Made by a program: the position numbers and the translations under genes. From positions 2,880,001 through 2,944,000 of the forward strand of contig OZ244042.1 of the NCBI GenBank assembly GCA_965215015.1: 64,000 bases of DNA, read 5' to 3'. Of this stretch, positions 37,589 through 48,327 are shown one piece after another; position 1 is the stretch's first letter; every line of letters starts with the position of its first letter. This DNA is from Candidatus Poribacteria bacterium (GTDB taxonomy: Bacteria > Poribacteria > WGA-4E > PCPOR2b). The notes beneath the pieces were generated by a model. That model was given only the letters and a program-made list of their open reading frames with translations. It did not search any database and was not told the origin of the DNA.

Positions 37589-38866
37589 ATGATCGAAACG
37601 ACACTCTTTGATTTAACCTACGAAAGTCGGAAGCGTCCCCTGTTGAAACAGGTATTGGAGAGATTACGTCCAATCTACTCTACGGACGAACTGAAGGTCT
37701 TACGCATTGACAGTGAAAGTCGAGATGTTCTCTCTCTCCGTTCTGGGCGAGGATTTGTCAATCGAGATATTCTCGAAACGGTGCTCGGCAACCTATTGGA
37801 ATGTGTAGCCCCCGGTTCCCACAACGCCCCGCGTCCAGAAAATCATAAGGGCGAACTGTCGGAAGCAATCGAAGAGGTCGCGGACCAACTGTACGCGGTG
37901 ATTGCCCAATCCTTCTTGGCAGTCACCGACGAAAGCGAGTTGGAAAGCCGTGCATTGGACACAACGTTTGCGCTGCTCTGGGAGTTGCCTCGACTGAAAC
38001 AGCGCGCCCTATGGAACCGTTTTGCCTCGCTGAAAGATCCGGCGGTGTGGGATGCCTATCTGCTCCACAGTGGAGTTTCCCGTGAAAAACTTGTCGAATT
38101 GGACATCAGGGCGCAGGTAGATGAAGCCATTCTAAAACGGGAGTTCCAACCCTATCGAAATCTCTTGGACACTCTTGATTTGGCTTTCGCTTTTGACTAC
38201 CAGATGCAGTTGGTTGTCAGTACGTACCCCGGTTGGCGAGTGCTCTTCTACCACGATGTTGGCTATCTCTTAACTCGATCCGGTCCCATTAAGGGCACCA
38301 TCAATCTCTACCGAACCCCTGTACCGCTTTTACCCCGCGCGATTTCTGAACTTGGGGGCCGTTACTACCAAGCAGATCTCCACCCCGAAACACAGATTGG
38401 TGATGCTAATTTCTTGGAGCATCCCCATCGCGGCTTCACCACCGGACAAACCGGGGTTATTGGCTCTGGCTGCGTCATCTATCCGTGTACGCTTGGTGGC
38501 TTGAGTGTGAGGGTCAAACAGCGTCACCCGATTCTTGGCGACTTCGTGCAGATTGGCACGGACGCAAGTCTGCTGGGGCCGGTACGAATCGGGGACCACT
38601 CTACCGTCGGCACAAATACAGAGATCTACGGTTTTGTTGAGATAGATACCAGCTGCCATATCGGTTCTTCAGTGGTCATCGGGACCATCCGGAGCGAATC
38701 CATCAAACCGGGCGTGATTCGTCTTGGCAAGAACGTTTCGGTGGGCGACGGGACGATTATCGAAAACACCTTGGCGATAGATTTGATTATTCCGGATCAG
38801 TCAGAGATTCCCGCACGCAGCCATGTCTCTAACGATGGTTTTGGACATCCCAGATATGTCGCATAA
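37589..38866 (+). CDS. Divergent serine O-acetyltransferase-like (LbH) protein with long N-terminal domain
   Basis: YPGW, LPRAISE, DLHPETQIG...LEH, TLGG...QRHPILGD, extended hexapeptide repeats. Confidence 0.7.
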   Translation: MIETTLFDLTYESRKRPLLKQVLERLRPIYSTDELKVLRIDSESRDVLSLRSGRGFVNRDILETVLGNLLECVAPGSHNAPRPENHKGELSEAIEEVADQLYAVIAQSFLAVTDESELESRALDTTFALLWELPRLKQRALWNRFASLKDPAVWDAYLLHSGVSREKLVELDIRAQVDEAILKREFQPYRNLLDTLDLAFAFDYQMQLVVSTYPGWRVLFYHDVGYLLTRSGPIKGTINLYRTPVPLLPRAISELGGRYYQADLHPETQIGDANFLEHPHRGFTTGQTGVIGSGCVIYPCTLGGLSVRVKQRHPILGDFVQIGTDASLLGPVRIGDHSTVGTNTEIYGFVEIDTSCHIGSSVVIGTIRSESIKPGVIRLGKNVSVGDGTIIENTLAIDLIIPDQSEIPARSHVSNDGFGHPRYVA

Positions 38867-38877
38867 AGGGAGGATGC

Positions 38878-40443
38878 ATGAAAAAGATACAACGCGCCCT
38901 AATCAGTACCTATGATAAAACGGACCTCATAAATCTTGCCAAAAACCTTGTTCAGAAAGGGGTGGAAATCTTTTCCACAGGCGGCACCGCAAACACGCTC
39001 CGCGAATCGGGGATTGAGATTCATGAGGTGTCCGACTATACCGGTTTCCCGGAAATGCTTGATGGGCGGGTGAAAACGCTCCACCCGAAGATTCACGGTG
39101 GTTTGTTAGCAATCCGGGATAATCCCGACCATGTGGCTCAGGCATCAAACCAGGGAATTGAATTTATCGATCTCGTCGTTTCCAATCTCTATCCATTTGA
39201 GGCAACAATTGCTAAGGAAGGGGTCGAACTCGCCGAGGCGATTGAAAACATTGACATCGGCGGGCCCGCAATGATTCGGGCGGCTGCCAAAAATTATCGT
39301 GATGTCGCCATCCTCACGGATCCACAGCAGTACCTCGATATCATCGCAGAACTTGACGCAAACGATGGTTGCCTTTCAGAGGGGACCCGGTTTCAATTGG
39401 CTAAAGCAGCGTTTGCACATACCGCCCATTATGACGCAGCGATTTCGCGTTACCTCGCTAATTTGGATGCTCCCGATGCGGCCTTTCCAGATGCGCTCGA
39501 TCTGCAGTATGAGAGGGCCCAAAGCCTCCGGTATGGTGAAAATCCCCATCAGCGTGCGGCGTTCTATCGGACCCATGCTTCACCTGAACCGTGTGCGGCG
39601 TGGGCAAATCAACTGAGTGGTCAACCGCTTTCGTTTAATAACATCCTCGACTTGGAGGCGGCGATCGAAATCGTTAAGGACTTCTCCGAACCGACCTGCG
39701 TGATTATCAAGCACAACACCCCGTGCGGATTGGCAACTGCCGCTAGTTTGGAAGGGGCATTTAACGATGCCCTCGATTGCGATCGAACCTCCGCGTTTGG
39801 TTCCATCATCGGTTTGAATCAAAAAGTCTCCTTAAAAGTGGCAAACACCATTCGTAAGGCAGCAAACGCAGGCATCAAAGTTGATGCTATTATCGCTTCA
39901 AGCTACACGCCGAAAGCATTGAGTGCGCTCTCCCGCGTGAAGCGTCGACCAATTCTCGAAATAGGTGAACTTCGGCAAGATTCCTCAATTAAGCAGATTC
40001 GGAACGTTATCGGCGGAGTCCTTGTCCAGGACCGGGACCTCCATGAAATGACACCCGATGACCTAAAGGTTGTCACAGAGCGTCAACCGACAAACGAGGA
40101 GATTAAATCCCTGTTGTTTGCGTGGAAAGCGTGTAAGCATGTCAAATCAAACTGTGTGTTGCTTGCTCAAGGCTCAAAGACGGTCGGCATTGGTGCTGGG
40201 CAGATGAGTCGCGTTGATTCGTGTATCATCGCGGCGCGGAAGGCAGGGGACCGGGCGAAAGCATCCGTCCTCGCTTCCGATGCCTACTTTCCATTCCCGG
40301 ATGGCGTTGAAATCGCCGGTGAGGCAGGCGTGCGGGCAATCATTCAACCCGGTGGCTCGGTGGGCGATCCGCCTGTGATTGAGACCGCAGATCGGTATGG
40401 TATGGCGATGGTCTTCACCGGCGTCCGGCATTTCCGGCATTAG
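38878..40443 (+). CDS. purH: Bifunctional AICAR transformylase / IMP cyclohydrolase
   Basis: [40 protein letters not shown]. Confidence 0.98.
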   Translation: MKKIQRALISTYDKTDLINLAKNLVQKGVEIFSTGGTANTLRESGIEIHEVSDYTGFPEMLDGRVKTLHPKIHGGLLAIRDNPDHVAQASNQGIEFIDLVVSNLYPFEATIAKEGVELAEAIENIDIGGPAMIRAAAKNYRDVAILTDPQQYLDIIAELDANDGCLSEGTRFQLAKAAFAHTAHYDAAISRYLANLDAPDAAFPDALDLQYERAQSLRYGENPHQRAAFYRTHASPEPCAAWANQLSGQPLSFNNILDLEAAIEIVKDFSEPTCVIIKHNTPCGLATAASLEGAFNDALDCDRTSAFGSIIGLNQKVSLKVANTIRKAANAGIKVDAIIASSYTPKALSALSRVKRRPILEIGELRQDSSIKQIRNVIGGVLVQDRDLHEMTPDDLKVVTERQPTNEEIKSLLFAWKACKHVKSNCVLLAQGSKTVGIGAGQMSRVDSCIIAARKAGDRAKASVLASDAYFPFPDGVEIAGEAGVRAIIQPGGSVGDPPVIETADRYGMAMVFTGVRHFRH

Positions 40444-40526
40444 GAAGTTATGTGAGAAGGTGACACCGCTAATTAAATCATCAAACTTAACAATAGAGAT
40501 AATCCCAACACTGTGAGGAAGAATAG

Positions 40527-41300
40527 ATGGAGACAATCCGACTTGTATCAGGTTATGAAATCCCCGTTCTGGGGCTTGGGACATGGAACTTGCGGGACGA
40601 ACAGTGCAAAACAGTTGTAAAAAAAGCCCTTGAACTCGGTTATAACCATATTGACACCGCTTGGATGTACGCCAATCAAAAGGAAATTGGGGATGCCTTG
40701 CGGGAAATCGGTGCGGTCAGGGAGGTGCTTTTTATTACGTCCAAGATTTGGCACACGCACCTAAAGTACGACGAAGTGCACTCCCAGTTTGATGAATGCC
40801 TAGCGGATTTACAAACCGATTATGTAGATCTGTTGCTGGTTCACCATCCCGGCGATGGAACTGTCCCGATGGAGGAAACCCTGTCCGCATTCAACGAGAT
40901 ACATGATGCAGGCAAGGCAAAAAATATCGGTATTAGTAACTTTAGTATTGAACAGGTGGATCAGGCAAGGGCCATTTCTCAGGCACCTATCACTACCAAT
41001 CAGGTGGAATATCACGTCCATAGTCAACACGAAAATCTCTTGCAGCATTGTCATGCACTCCAGATTCCCTTGACCGCCCATCGCCCATTAGCAGTCGGTA
41101 AAATCGTTAGCGATCCGGTTCTAGAGAGGATTGGGAGTGAACGTGGAAAAACAGCAGCACAGGTCGCCTTGCGATGGCTGCTCCAGAAAGGCTTAATTGT
41201 CATTCCCAAAGCCAGCTCTGACCCCCATTTGAGAGAAAATCTTGACCTATTTGATTGGGAGCTAACCCCTGAAGAGATGGAAACAGTCAATAATCTTTGA
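40527..41300 (+). CDS. Aldo/keto reductase (DkgB-like)
   Basis: GLGTW, IDTA.MY.N, IGISNF, NQVEYH, IPKAS. Confidence 0.92.
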   Translation: METIRLVSGYEIPVLGLGTWNLRDEQCKTVVKKALELGYNHIDTAWMYANQKEIGDALREIGAVREVLFITSKIWHTHLKYDEVHSQFDECLADLQTDYVDLLLVHHPGDGTVPMEETLSAFNEIHDAGKAKNIGISNFSIEQVDQARAISQAPITTNQVEYHVHSQHENLLQHCHALQIPLTAHRPLAVGKIVSDPVLERIGSERGKTAAQVALRWLLQKGLIVIPKASSDPHLRENLDLFDWELTPEEMETVNNL

Positions 41301-41363
41301 AAAGGCAAGCAGTATAAGGACTTCTCACTACCTTCACATTGATTTAACAATAGGAGGGACTCC

Positions 41364-42080
41364 ATGATCAGACCCACCGAAGCCCAAACGACGCAATGGG
41401 AAGACAAAGGTTACCTTGTCTTCGAGAACGCGATTCAGGGTGATGAGTTGAAGCGACTTCAAGATGCTTTTGATTATTGGGCGGATGAGTGCAAGCCCGC
41501 GTGGTTAGACCGCGTGGAGGCAGGCGAAGCGGCTGCATCGTTTTATGACATCTCCGATCCCTTTGCAAAAGATGAAATCTTTGTAGATATAATCGATCAC
41601 CCTAGCTATTACGGCAGCCTGATGGCATTTACAGATGATGATCTGATTCTGCTAGGCCCGCAGGTTCGCACTGTCCCGCCGGGCCCCGTCTGTTATTCCG
41701 GTTGGCACCCCGATGTCCCACAGAGCAATCCGCTGCACATCAAAGTCCAAGTTTACGTGAACGATGTCGAACCCGGGGCAGGAGAATTTGCTTTTGTGCC
41801 CGGGAGCCACAAACCCGATGCGGGCCCTTACTCCAGAACGCATCGGCTAGAAGCGATGCCCGGTCATAAACGGTTTCCGGGAAAAGCAGGCACCGCTATC
41901 ATGTTCAACTCATACGGTTGGCATACCGCCATGGACAACCACACAGACACGCCACGAAAATCGATCATCCTCATTTACGAGAAACGGACGCCGGGCCGCG
42001 TAGGTCCAAAGCGGTTTGTCTCGATTGCTCACCTCTGCACGACACCGGAACGGCGCAAACTTTTCGGTTTGGAGGAATGA
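41364..42080 (+). CDS. PhyH-family dioxygenase
   Basis: WHPD, FVPGSH, WHT. Confidence 0.88.
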   Translation: MIRPTEAQTTQWEDKGYLVFENAIQGDELKRLQDAFDYWADECKPAWLDRVEAGEAAASFYDISDPFAKDEIFVDIIDHPSYYGSLMAFTDDDLILLGPQVRTVPPGPVCYSGWHPDVPQSNPLHIKVQVYVNDVEPGAGEFAFVPGSHKPDAGPYSRTHRLEAMPGHKRFPGKAGTAIMFNSYGWHTAMDNHTDTPRKSIILIYEKRTPGRVGPKRFVSIAHLCTTPERRKLFGLEE

Positions 42081-42976
42081 TGACTCGAATAGATTCCCAT
42101 CTCCACGTTTTCGCCAAGGTTTCCGCAGAATTTCCGAGAGAACCGACCCCGGTCTGCCCGCCGGATCGGGAAGAGACTGCCGAAAAACTATTGGGCGAAA
42201 TGGAAGCAAATGGCATTGACCAAGCAATGCTAGTGCAGACCGGCGGTACTGAGATTAAATACCATGCTTACCTGCTGCACTGTTTGAAAACGTATCCCGA
42301 CCGTTTCCTCGGTATTGGGCTCATACCCCCAGATCTCACTGAACCGGCAGATCACATGGACAGGCTTACAGACGGGACCGGGATTATCGGTTTTCGGCTC
42401 TCTTCGATTGGTGGTCCAAGAGATCCGTTTGCTCGAATCAACGTCAAAGAAATCAAAACCTACCGTGTCTGGAAGCATGCTGCGGAGGAGGACTATGTCC
42501 TCTGGCTCTACCCACGAGCGGTTGATGCACACCTGCTTCCTTATCTGATGGCAGCCTTTCCCCAAGTCCGGGTCGTCCTGAACCATCTTGGCATCTGTCC
42601 CGGCAAAGGTAAATTCTCTTGGGATGCGAAGGGGCGTCCGCGGATTGAAACCGTTGAGTATAATCCTGCCTTTCACACGACGCACCGGCTCGCCTGCTTT
42701 GAAAATGTAACGATGCATATATCAGGTCAATACGCCTTCAGCAATGAAGTGTATCCCTATCGGGATCTTGCCCGATGGCACCAGCGAATTCTCGACCTTT
42801 TCGGTGCAAAGCGTCTAATGTGGGCAACCGATTTTCCGTGGATTTTGGAAGACCCCGGTTACAGTCAGCTTACCGGTATCCTCAAAGTGTTATTGCCAGA
42901 TTTACTCGACAACGAATACGATGACATCATGGGCGGGAATGCGAAGCGGTTTCTAAGGTTTCCCGACCATGCGTGA
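42077..42976 (+). CDS. Amidohydrolase_2 family metallohydrolase
   Basis: IDSHLH, LNHLG, RLMWATDFP; start overlaps the PhyH stop. Confidence 0.88.
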   Translation: MMTRIDSHLHVFAKVSAEFPREPTPVCPPDREETAEKLLGEMEANGIDQAMLVQTGGTEIKYHAYLLHCLKTYPDRFLGIGLIPPDLTEPADHMDRLTDGTGIIGFRLSSIGGPRDPFARINVKEIKTYRVWKHAAEEDYVLWLYPRAVDAHLLPYLMAAFPQVRVVLNHLGICPGKGKFSWDAKGRPRIETVEYNPAFHTTHRLACFENVTMHISGQYAFSNEVYPYRDLARWHQRILDLFGAKRLMWATDFPWILEDPGYSQLTGILKVLLPDLLDNEYDDIMGGNAKRFLRFPDHA

Positions 42977-44124
42977 TAGTGCGTCCAACCCCCCTCAGTC
43001 CCCCCGCAAGCGGGGGGAGGGACAAACAGGATCTAATTCGAGCCTTGCTTGGAACCAAACTCAGTCCCCCCGCAAGTGGGGGGAGGGACGCGGAGCGTGT
43101 CTACTCCTGTCGGATTAATTGGAGTTGCCGGATTCATCGGGCGTCGTGAGTCGTTTAGATACCAACGACGTTGCAGGACGGATCCAGGTTCAATTCACCA
43201 AACACGAGTGTATCCCTATCGGGATCTTGCCCGATGGCACCAGCGAATTCTCGACCTTTTCGGTGCAAAGCGTCTAATGTGGGCAACCGATTTTCCGTGG
43301 ATTTTGGAAGACCCCGGTTACAGTCAGCTTACCGGTATCCTCAAAGTGTTATTGCCAGATTTACTCGACAACGAATACGATGACATCATGGGCGGGAATG
43401 CGAAGCGGTTTCTAAGGTTTCCCGACCATGCGTGATAGTGCGTCCAACCCCCCTCAGTCCCCCCGCAAGTGGGGGGAGGGACAAACAGGATCTAATTCGA
43501 GCCTTGCTTGGAATCAAACTCAGTCCCCCCGCAAGTGGAGGGAGGGACGCGGAGCGTGTCTACTCCTGTCGGATTAATTGGAGTTGCCGGATTCCTCGGG
43601 CGTCGTGAGTCGTTTAGATACCAACGACGTTGCAGGACGGATCCAGGTTCAATTCACCAAACACGAGTGTATCCCTATCGGGATCTTGCCCGATGGCACC
43701 AGCGAATTCTCGACCTTTTCGGTGCAAAGCGTCTAATGTGGGCAACCGATTTTCCGTGGATTTTGGAAGATCCCGGTTACAGTCAGCTTACCGGTATCCT
43801 CAAAGTGTTATTGTCAGATTTACTCGACAACGAATACGATGGCATCATGGGCGGGAATGCGAAGCGGTTTCTAAGGTTTCCCGACCATGCGTGATAGTGC
43901 GTCCAACCCCCCTCAGTCCCCCCGCAAGCGGGGGGAGGAACAAACAGGATCTAATTCGAGCCTTGCTTGGAACCAAACTCAGTCCCCCCGCAAGTGGGGG
44001 GAGGGATGCGGAGCGTGTCTACTCCTGTCGGATTAATTGGAGTTGCCGGATTCATCGGGCGTCGTGAGTCGTTTAGATACCAACGACGTTGCAGGACGGA
44101 TCCAGGTTCAATTCACCAAACACG
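42748..44124 (+). repeat. Three tandem copies of a 459-bp unit (amidohydrolase 3' end plus REP-like hairpins)
   Basis: Units start at 42748, 43207 and 43666; a few SNPs between copies; each has two CAGTCCCCCCGCAAGYGGGGGGA hairpins. Confidence 0.95.
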
Positions 44125-44261
44125 GTCGCACAACATACCGGGTATTTGATGAATCACCGAGGATACCGGGACTCTTGCGCTATAATCATGGCTTAACCCA
44201 TCATAAACATTGCGCGCCCTTTTCTGGTGTTGGCTTTGAGCGTTCAACTGCGTAAGTCCTA
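44105..44261 (-). repeat. MITE-like repeat (TAGGACTTACGC family)
   Basis: Terminal TAGGACTTACGCAGTTGAACGCTCAAA; internal block homologous to 21890-21932. Confidence 0.6.
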
Positions 44262-44436
44262 CCTGGTATTACATTGCGCGCGAGAGTCCGGGTGTTTTGG
44301 CGAAATATGAATCTCAACCTACTAATGAACTCTTGAACTCAATAGCAAGTTGCCCTACTGTCGGTTGATTTTCCAAAATTGACAGTATTGCTCCCCCCTC
44401 ATCATGTATCCCATACAGCCTTAGGTTCACGTATCC

Positions 44437-45861
44437 ATGAGACAACAGACACAAGCCACAGCACCGAATATTGTTAAGGAAATTCAAGCCGGCAAGGTGC
44501 GTCCTGTCTATTTGTTGTGCGGCGAAGAACAGTTTCTTGTAGAGAGCACCCTCAAGCAGATGCTTGAGAATCTTCTGTCACCTGAGACTCGTGACTTCAA
44601 TCTGACCCGCCTTGATGGCGCGGAAGCCTCTGTTCGCGAGATTCTCAGTGCCGTGGAAGTTTACCCCGTGATGGCAGATTGGCGCGTTGTTATTGTAAGC
44701 GAGGCTACAGTATTCATGCGGCAGCAAGGTCCATCACCACCGGAGATAATACAGAATGCCGCTGAAGCCGCCGAAGAAGGAAATCCGCGGAAGGCAATCG
44801 CACTGATGGTCAAAGTTTTGGGCGTTTCAGCACAGGATATTGCTGATGAGAATAGTGTCTTTAGAGACGCCCTCAGCGGTTTCCTTGAAGAAAACGAAGC
44901 AGGCTTGAGTCCCGAAGACCTCGAATTTCTCCGTGATCTACCACAAATCATCACGCAGGTTGATGATTTCCCACATATATCAGGCGCAGCTGACGATACC
45001 GAAATCCTGATCGAGTGGCTAGATGGGAAGTTACCCCAAGCGAGCGTTCTAATCTTTACTGTCAAGGGAAACGTTGATAGACGAAGCCGGCTTGTTAAAT
45101 TGATTGGTCGTGTCGGCAGGTACGTTTCGTTTGCTTCGCTAGAATCCGGAAGATCGAGTCGGCAAAATCGGGTCTACCAAGGTGTTGCCAGAAAACTCGA
45201 AACATTCGGGAAGAAGATTTCGCCCAGTGTCTTTAATCTCCTTCAGAAGCGGACAGGAAACGACATGCACCTGATCGCTGAGGCCATCGAAAAGATAATC
45301 GCTTTTGTTGGGGACAGGACGCGGATCGACGAACGAGATATCGAAACCGTCATTACCCAGAGCAGTTTTGAAAACATTTTCGCGCTTACAGATGCGCTTG
45401 GAAAAAGATCCGTTTCGCAAGCGTTGTCGAGTCTCCACAGTGTTCTAGAAAGCGGCGAACCACCGATTAAAGTCAACGCGCTCATCGCGCGGCAAATCAG
45501 GCTCACACTCCAAGCAAAATTGCTTGCTGAGAAGGGAGAACTAAAACCGACGGTGGATCGAATGAATTACCAACGCTTCGCAGATACTGTCTTCAAACCG
45601 CTTGCCGCAAAGATGTCCAATTGTCTCCCGAATGTAGCGCAAGTCAACCTTCTCAAGCAGAATCCTTATGCCGCTTATAAAGTTATCCAAGCGATTCCTT
45701 TTTTTAGAACGGAAGAGCTAATCCGCGGATTGGAGCAAACACTGGAGGCGGATGTACAACTCAAGAGTAGTCAATTGGCCCCGGAATGCATTTTAGAACA
45801 GCTAGTCTATGAGCTTTGTACAAAGCCGGATACCAGGAGATTGGCGAGAAACAGAATATGA
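44437..45861 (+). CDS. holA: DNA polymerase III delta subunit, with insertions
   Basis: PVYLLCGEEQFL, DFNL..LDG, RVVIV, IEKII.F.G, IFALTDAL, ADVQLKSS..PE..LE.L. Confidence 0.9.
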   Translation: MRQQTQATAPNIVKEIQAGKVRPVYLLCGEEQFLVESTLKQMLENLLSPETRDFNLTRLDGAEASVREILSAVEVYPVMADWRVVIVSEATVFMRQQGPSPPEIIQNAAEAAEEGNPRKAIALMVKVLGVSAQDIADENSVFRDALSGFLEENEAGLSPEDLEFLRDLPQIITQVDDFPHISGAADDTEILIEWLDGKLPQASVLIFTVKGNVDRRSRLVKLIGRVGRYVSFASLESGRSSRQNRVYQGVARKLETFGKKISPSVFNLLQKRTGNDMHLIAEAIEKIIAFVGDRTRIDERDIETVITQSSFENIFALTDALGKRSVSQALSSLHSVLESGEPPIKVNALIARQIRLTLQAKLLAEKGELKPTVDRMNYQRFADTVFKPLAAKMSNCLPNVAQVNLLKQNPYAAYKVIQAIPFFRTEELIRGLEQTLEADVQLKSSQLAPECILEQLVYELCTKPDTRRLARNRI

Positions 45862-46026
45862 GATGGGTATGTTCCAGCTAAACAGCAGAACCTCAAGTGA
45901 TTGGACCGTACGCTTTCTCTCGATGCAACCGAAGGTCTGCTTCCGAGCACTTATATATTTTCTTTTCGCTGATGTGTGCCCAGATTGTACTAATCACTTC
46001 AAGAGTGGCAAAAACCTTATATCCTA

Positions 46027-46156
46027 TAGGGCTTACGCAGTTGAAGGTAGCACCCCCCGGTATTTAGCGGGGGAAGGGGGGAGCATAGGGGGAATGCCGT
46101 AACCCTTACAGAGGCGCGATGAACGCGCGACTACAAACTCAGGGGCGTAACTCCTA
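46027..46156. mobile_element. Complete MITE with imperfect TIRs and 5-bp target duplication
   Basis: TAGGGCTTACGC...GCGTAACTCCTA flanked by TCCTA (46022-46026, 46157-46161). Confidence 0.65.
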
Positions 46157-46250
46157 TCCTAATCCTAAAAGTGTTTGTAAGGAAATTGGTGAACCTTGAT
46201 GATTGGGCTGCACGATTCTAACCGTTAACATTATCAATGGAGGTTTGAAA

Positions 46251-46481
46251 ATGCCGGAATTAATTTTCTTTATCGGCGTGTTTATTGTTGTAATTGTAGC
46301 TATTCAAACTATTGGCGATATAGCGAAAAGGAAGTATCAATTCAAAAACGGAGCCGAAGTCAGTCAGGAGGTACTCGCACAAATCCAAGCAGACCTCAAC
46401 ATGCTCCAAAAGAGTGTGGATGAGATGAAGGAGTATCTCACAGACCTTTACATTCAACAGCACGATGAAAAATTAAAATAG
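46251..46481 (+). CDS. Small TM + coiled-coil protein (paralog 1)
   Basis: SD GGAGG, N-terminal TM, heptads, ends LTDLYIQQHDEKLK. Confidence 0.75.
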   Translation: MPELIFFIGVFIVVIVAIQTIGDIAKRKYQFKNGAEVSQEVLAQIQADLNMLQKSVDEMKEYLTDLYIQQHDEKLK

Positions 46482-46542
46482 CGGAGTGAGCAACGCCATG
46501 TAAGGGATATATTGTTTTTTAAATAAGATGGAGGGTCAAAAC

Positions 46543-46782
46543 ATGGTAGAAGTTGTTGCAATTATCACATGTGCTACTGTTATAATTGTAGTCCTTACCT
46601 ATATTAAGGATTTACTTGAAAGCAAACGCAGTGCAAAAATCAAAGCGGTAGAAAAAGAGTCTGCACAGATGCAAGCGAATATTGACGATCTCCAAATAGA
46701 ATATCGTAAACTCCAAAAAAAAGTTGCCGAACTGCAAGAACAGATTGCTGAGCTCTACATTCAGCAGCACGATAAACGCTGA
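46543..46782 (+). CDS. Small TM + coiled-coil protein (paralog 2)
   Basis: SD GGAGG, N-terminal TM, heptads, ends IAELYIQQHDKR. Confidence 0.75.
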   Translation: MVEVVAIITCATVIIVVLTYIKDLLESKRSAKIKAVEKESAQMQANIDDLQIEYRKLQKKVAELQEQIAELYIQQHDKR

Positions 46783-46888
46783 ATTGGCAAACGGTCACAG
46801 CAACTGAAGTCTCCACATACAAAGGAAATTCGCAGCCATCAATCCGAATTTGCTATTAACCGAAAATAGACCGGCTAGCACCTTTATT

Positions 46889-48225
46889 TCATTTACCCCC
46901 ATTTTTTTTTGGTTATAGATTTGAGATATTTTTATGATTTAGGATAGTGAGAATACCTGTCATTAAGGGTGTTTGCATGTATCTCCCCTGCACAGTGGGA
47001 GTGTGAACCATGGATTGAGACACCACCCGCTCCACGCCTCAGCCACCACTCGCTTTATCACGGTAATGAGTGAGTATATTTTAGTCCGTGTGTTGAATGT
47101 TTTTGCCCATCGATCGCCTGACTTTTGATAGGTGATAAACAGTAAGCCATAACTGATACAAGCTAAGAGCCATAACAGGTTGATGCGGGCTTTTGACGGT
47201 TTTTTGAGTCTCAAGCTGCCAAAGCCAAAACCGGTCTTGATGTCCCGAAAGCCGTGTTCAATCTGCATTCTTCGCTTATAATAGTGGTATATTTGACGCC
47301 CCGTCAGATGACTTGAAATCAGATACATCGGTTCAGCCAACCGCGCCTCTCTGACGACATACAGGTTGAGTCGAATCGGCTCGGTTAAGTGATAGAGAAT
47401 CTGTGGATAGAACCCCGTTTCCTGCAACTGTTCTGCCTTTTTAACAGTGCCCCAGACGGTCATGCGCGCGTTACGACACACGCGGATGATAAACGGAATC
47501 CGTTGTGTCTTGAGAAACTTTATCACATATTTAGCACGCGCGAAGCCTCTATCGAATATCAACGTGGCTTCACACGGGGGCGGTAAAATCGCTTCTGTCT
47601 TTTGATACAGTGTGAGACAAAAGCGTTGGATAATCTCATTATGGCTGGTATAGGTCAACTGTTGAATCTCAGCATCGGTGTAGAGGTGCCAGTAGATAGG
47701 AACCGCCCGGCGGCGGAACGGCACCGCGGCAACAATCGCTTTGAAATGGCCAAACACCTGGGTTTCATCCACTAAAATCAACCGGCGTCCGGCGTGACGT
47801 TCACAGACCCGGCGGAGCACAAAGCCCAACCAGCACCCCATCACCGCGTCAATAGGAAAGCGACGAGCTAAGAATCGAAGCAGGCGTTTCTGTTTCGTCT
47901 TTTGATGTTTGACGGCTACTGGCAAGCGTAAAGCAATTTCGTTTATCCGAAACTTCTGGGCCAACACAATGGCTAGGATCGTGAGTATCAGGTTTTTTAA
48001 CGCCGGTTTTTTCAATACGGGGTTGAAAATCTCGGTCAGAGTGGTTATCATAGAACTGGGATTCACCCGCTTATGGCGGTGGGTGCCTTTCATAATACCT
48101 CCTTGTTTAAAACAATGGTTATTTTATACAGGGAGGTATTTTACCATATTTGATAACCCTTTCTCACATCTAGACCTCGCAAAAACAACCAACATTACAA
48201 CTCTAAAAAAAATGGGGGTAAGTGA
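46889..48225 (-). mobile_element. IS4-family insertion sequence
   Basis: TIRs TCA(T/C)TTACCCCCATTTTTTT at both ends enclosing the transposase; no target duplication seen. Confidence 0.85.
46963..48093 (-). CDS. IS4-family DDE transposase
   Basis: VDET, FDRGF, Y-x2-R-x3-E-x6-K (YKRRMQIEHGFRDIK). Confidence 0.9.
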   Translation of the reverse strand: MKGTHRHKRVNPSSMITTLTEIFNPVLKKPALKNLILTILAIVLAQKFRINEIALRLPVAVKHQKTKQKRLLRFLARRFPIDAVMGCWLGFVLRRVCERHAGRRLILVDETQVFGHFKAIVAAVPFRRRAVPIYWHLYTDAEIQQLTYTSHNEIIQRFCLTLYQKTEAILPPPCEATLIFDRGFARAKYVIKFLKTQRIPFIIRVCRNARMTVWGTVKKAEQLQETGFYPQILYHLTEPIRLNLYVVREARLAEPMYLISSHLTGRQIYHYYKRRMQIEHGFRDIKTGFGFGSLRLKKPSKARINLLWLLACISYGLLFITYQKSGDRWAKTFNTRTKIYSLITVIKRVVAEAWSGWCLNPWFTLPLCRGDTCKHP

Positions 48226-48327
48226 GGGGGGTCTGATGGGTTGTCAATAGTGACAACTTGGGTTATAATAACTTGTGCTGCACATAAATAGGCTTTGATG
48301 GGTATACTTCTCAACACCTCTCCATGC

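Noticed and set aside
43049-44255. 128-aa and other ORFs in the 459-bp repeats as real genes
   Set aside because: By-products of the triplication; N-termini are translated REP hairpins with TTG starts and no SD.
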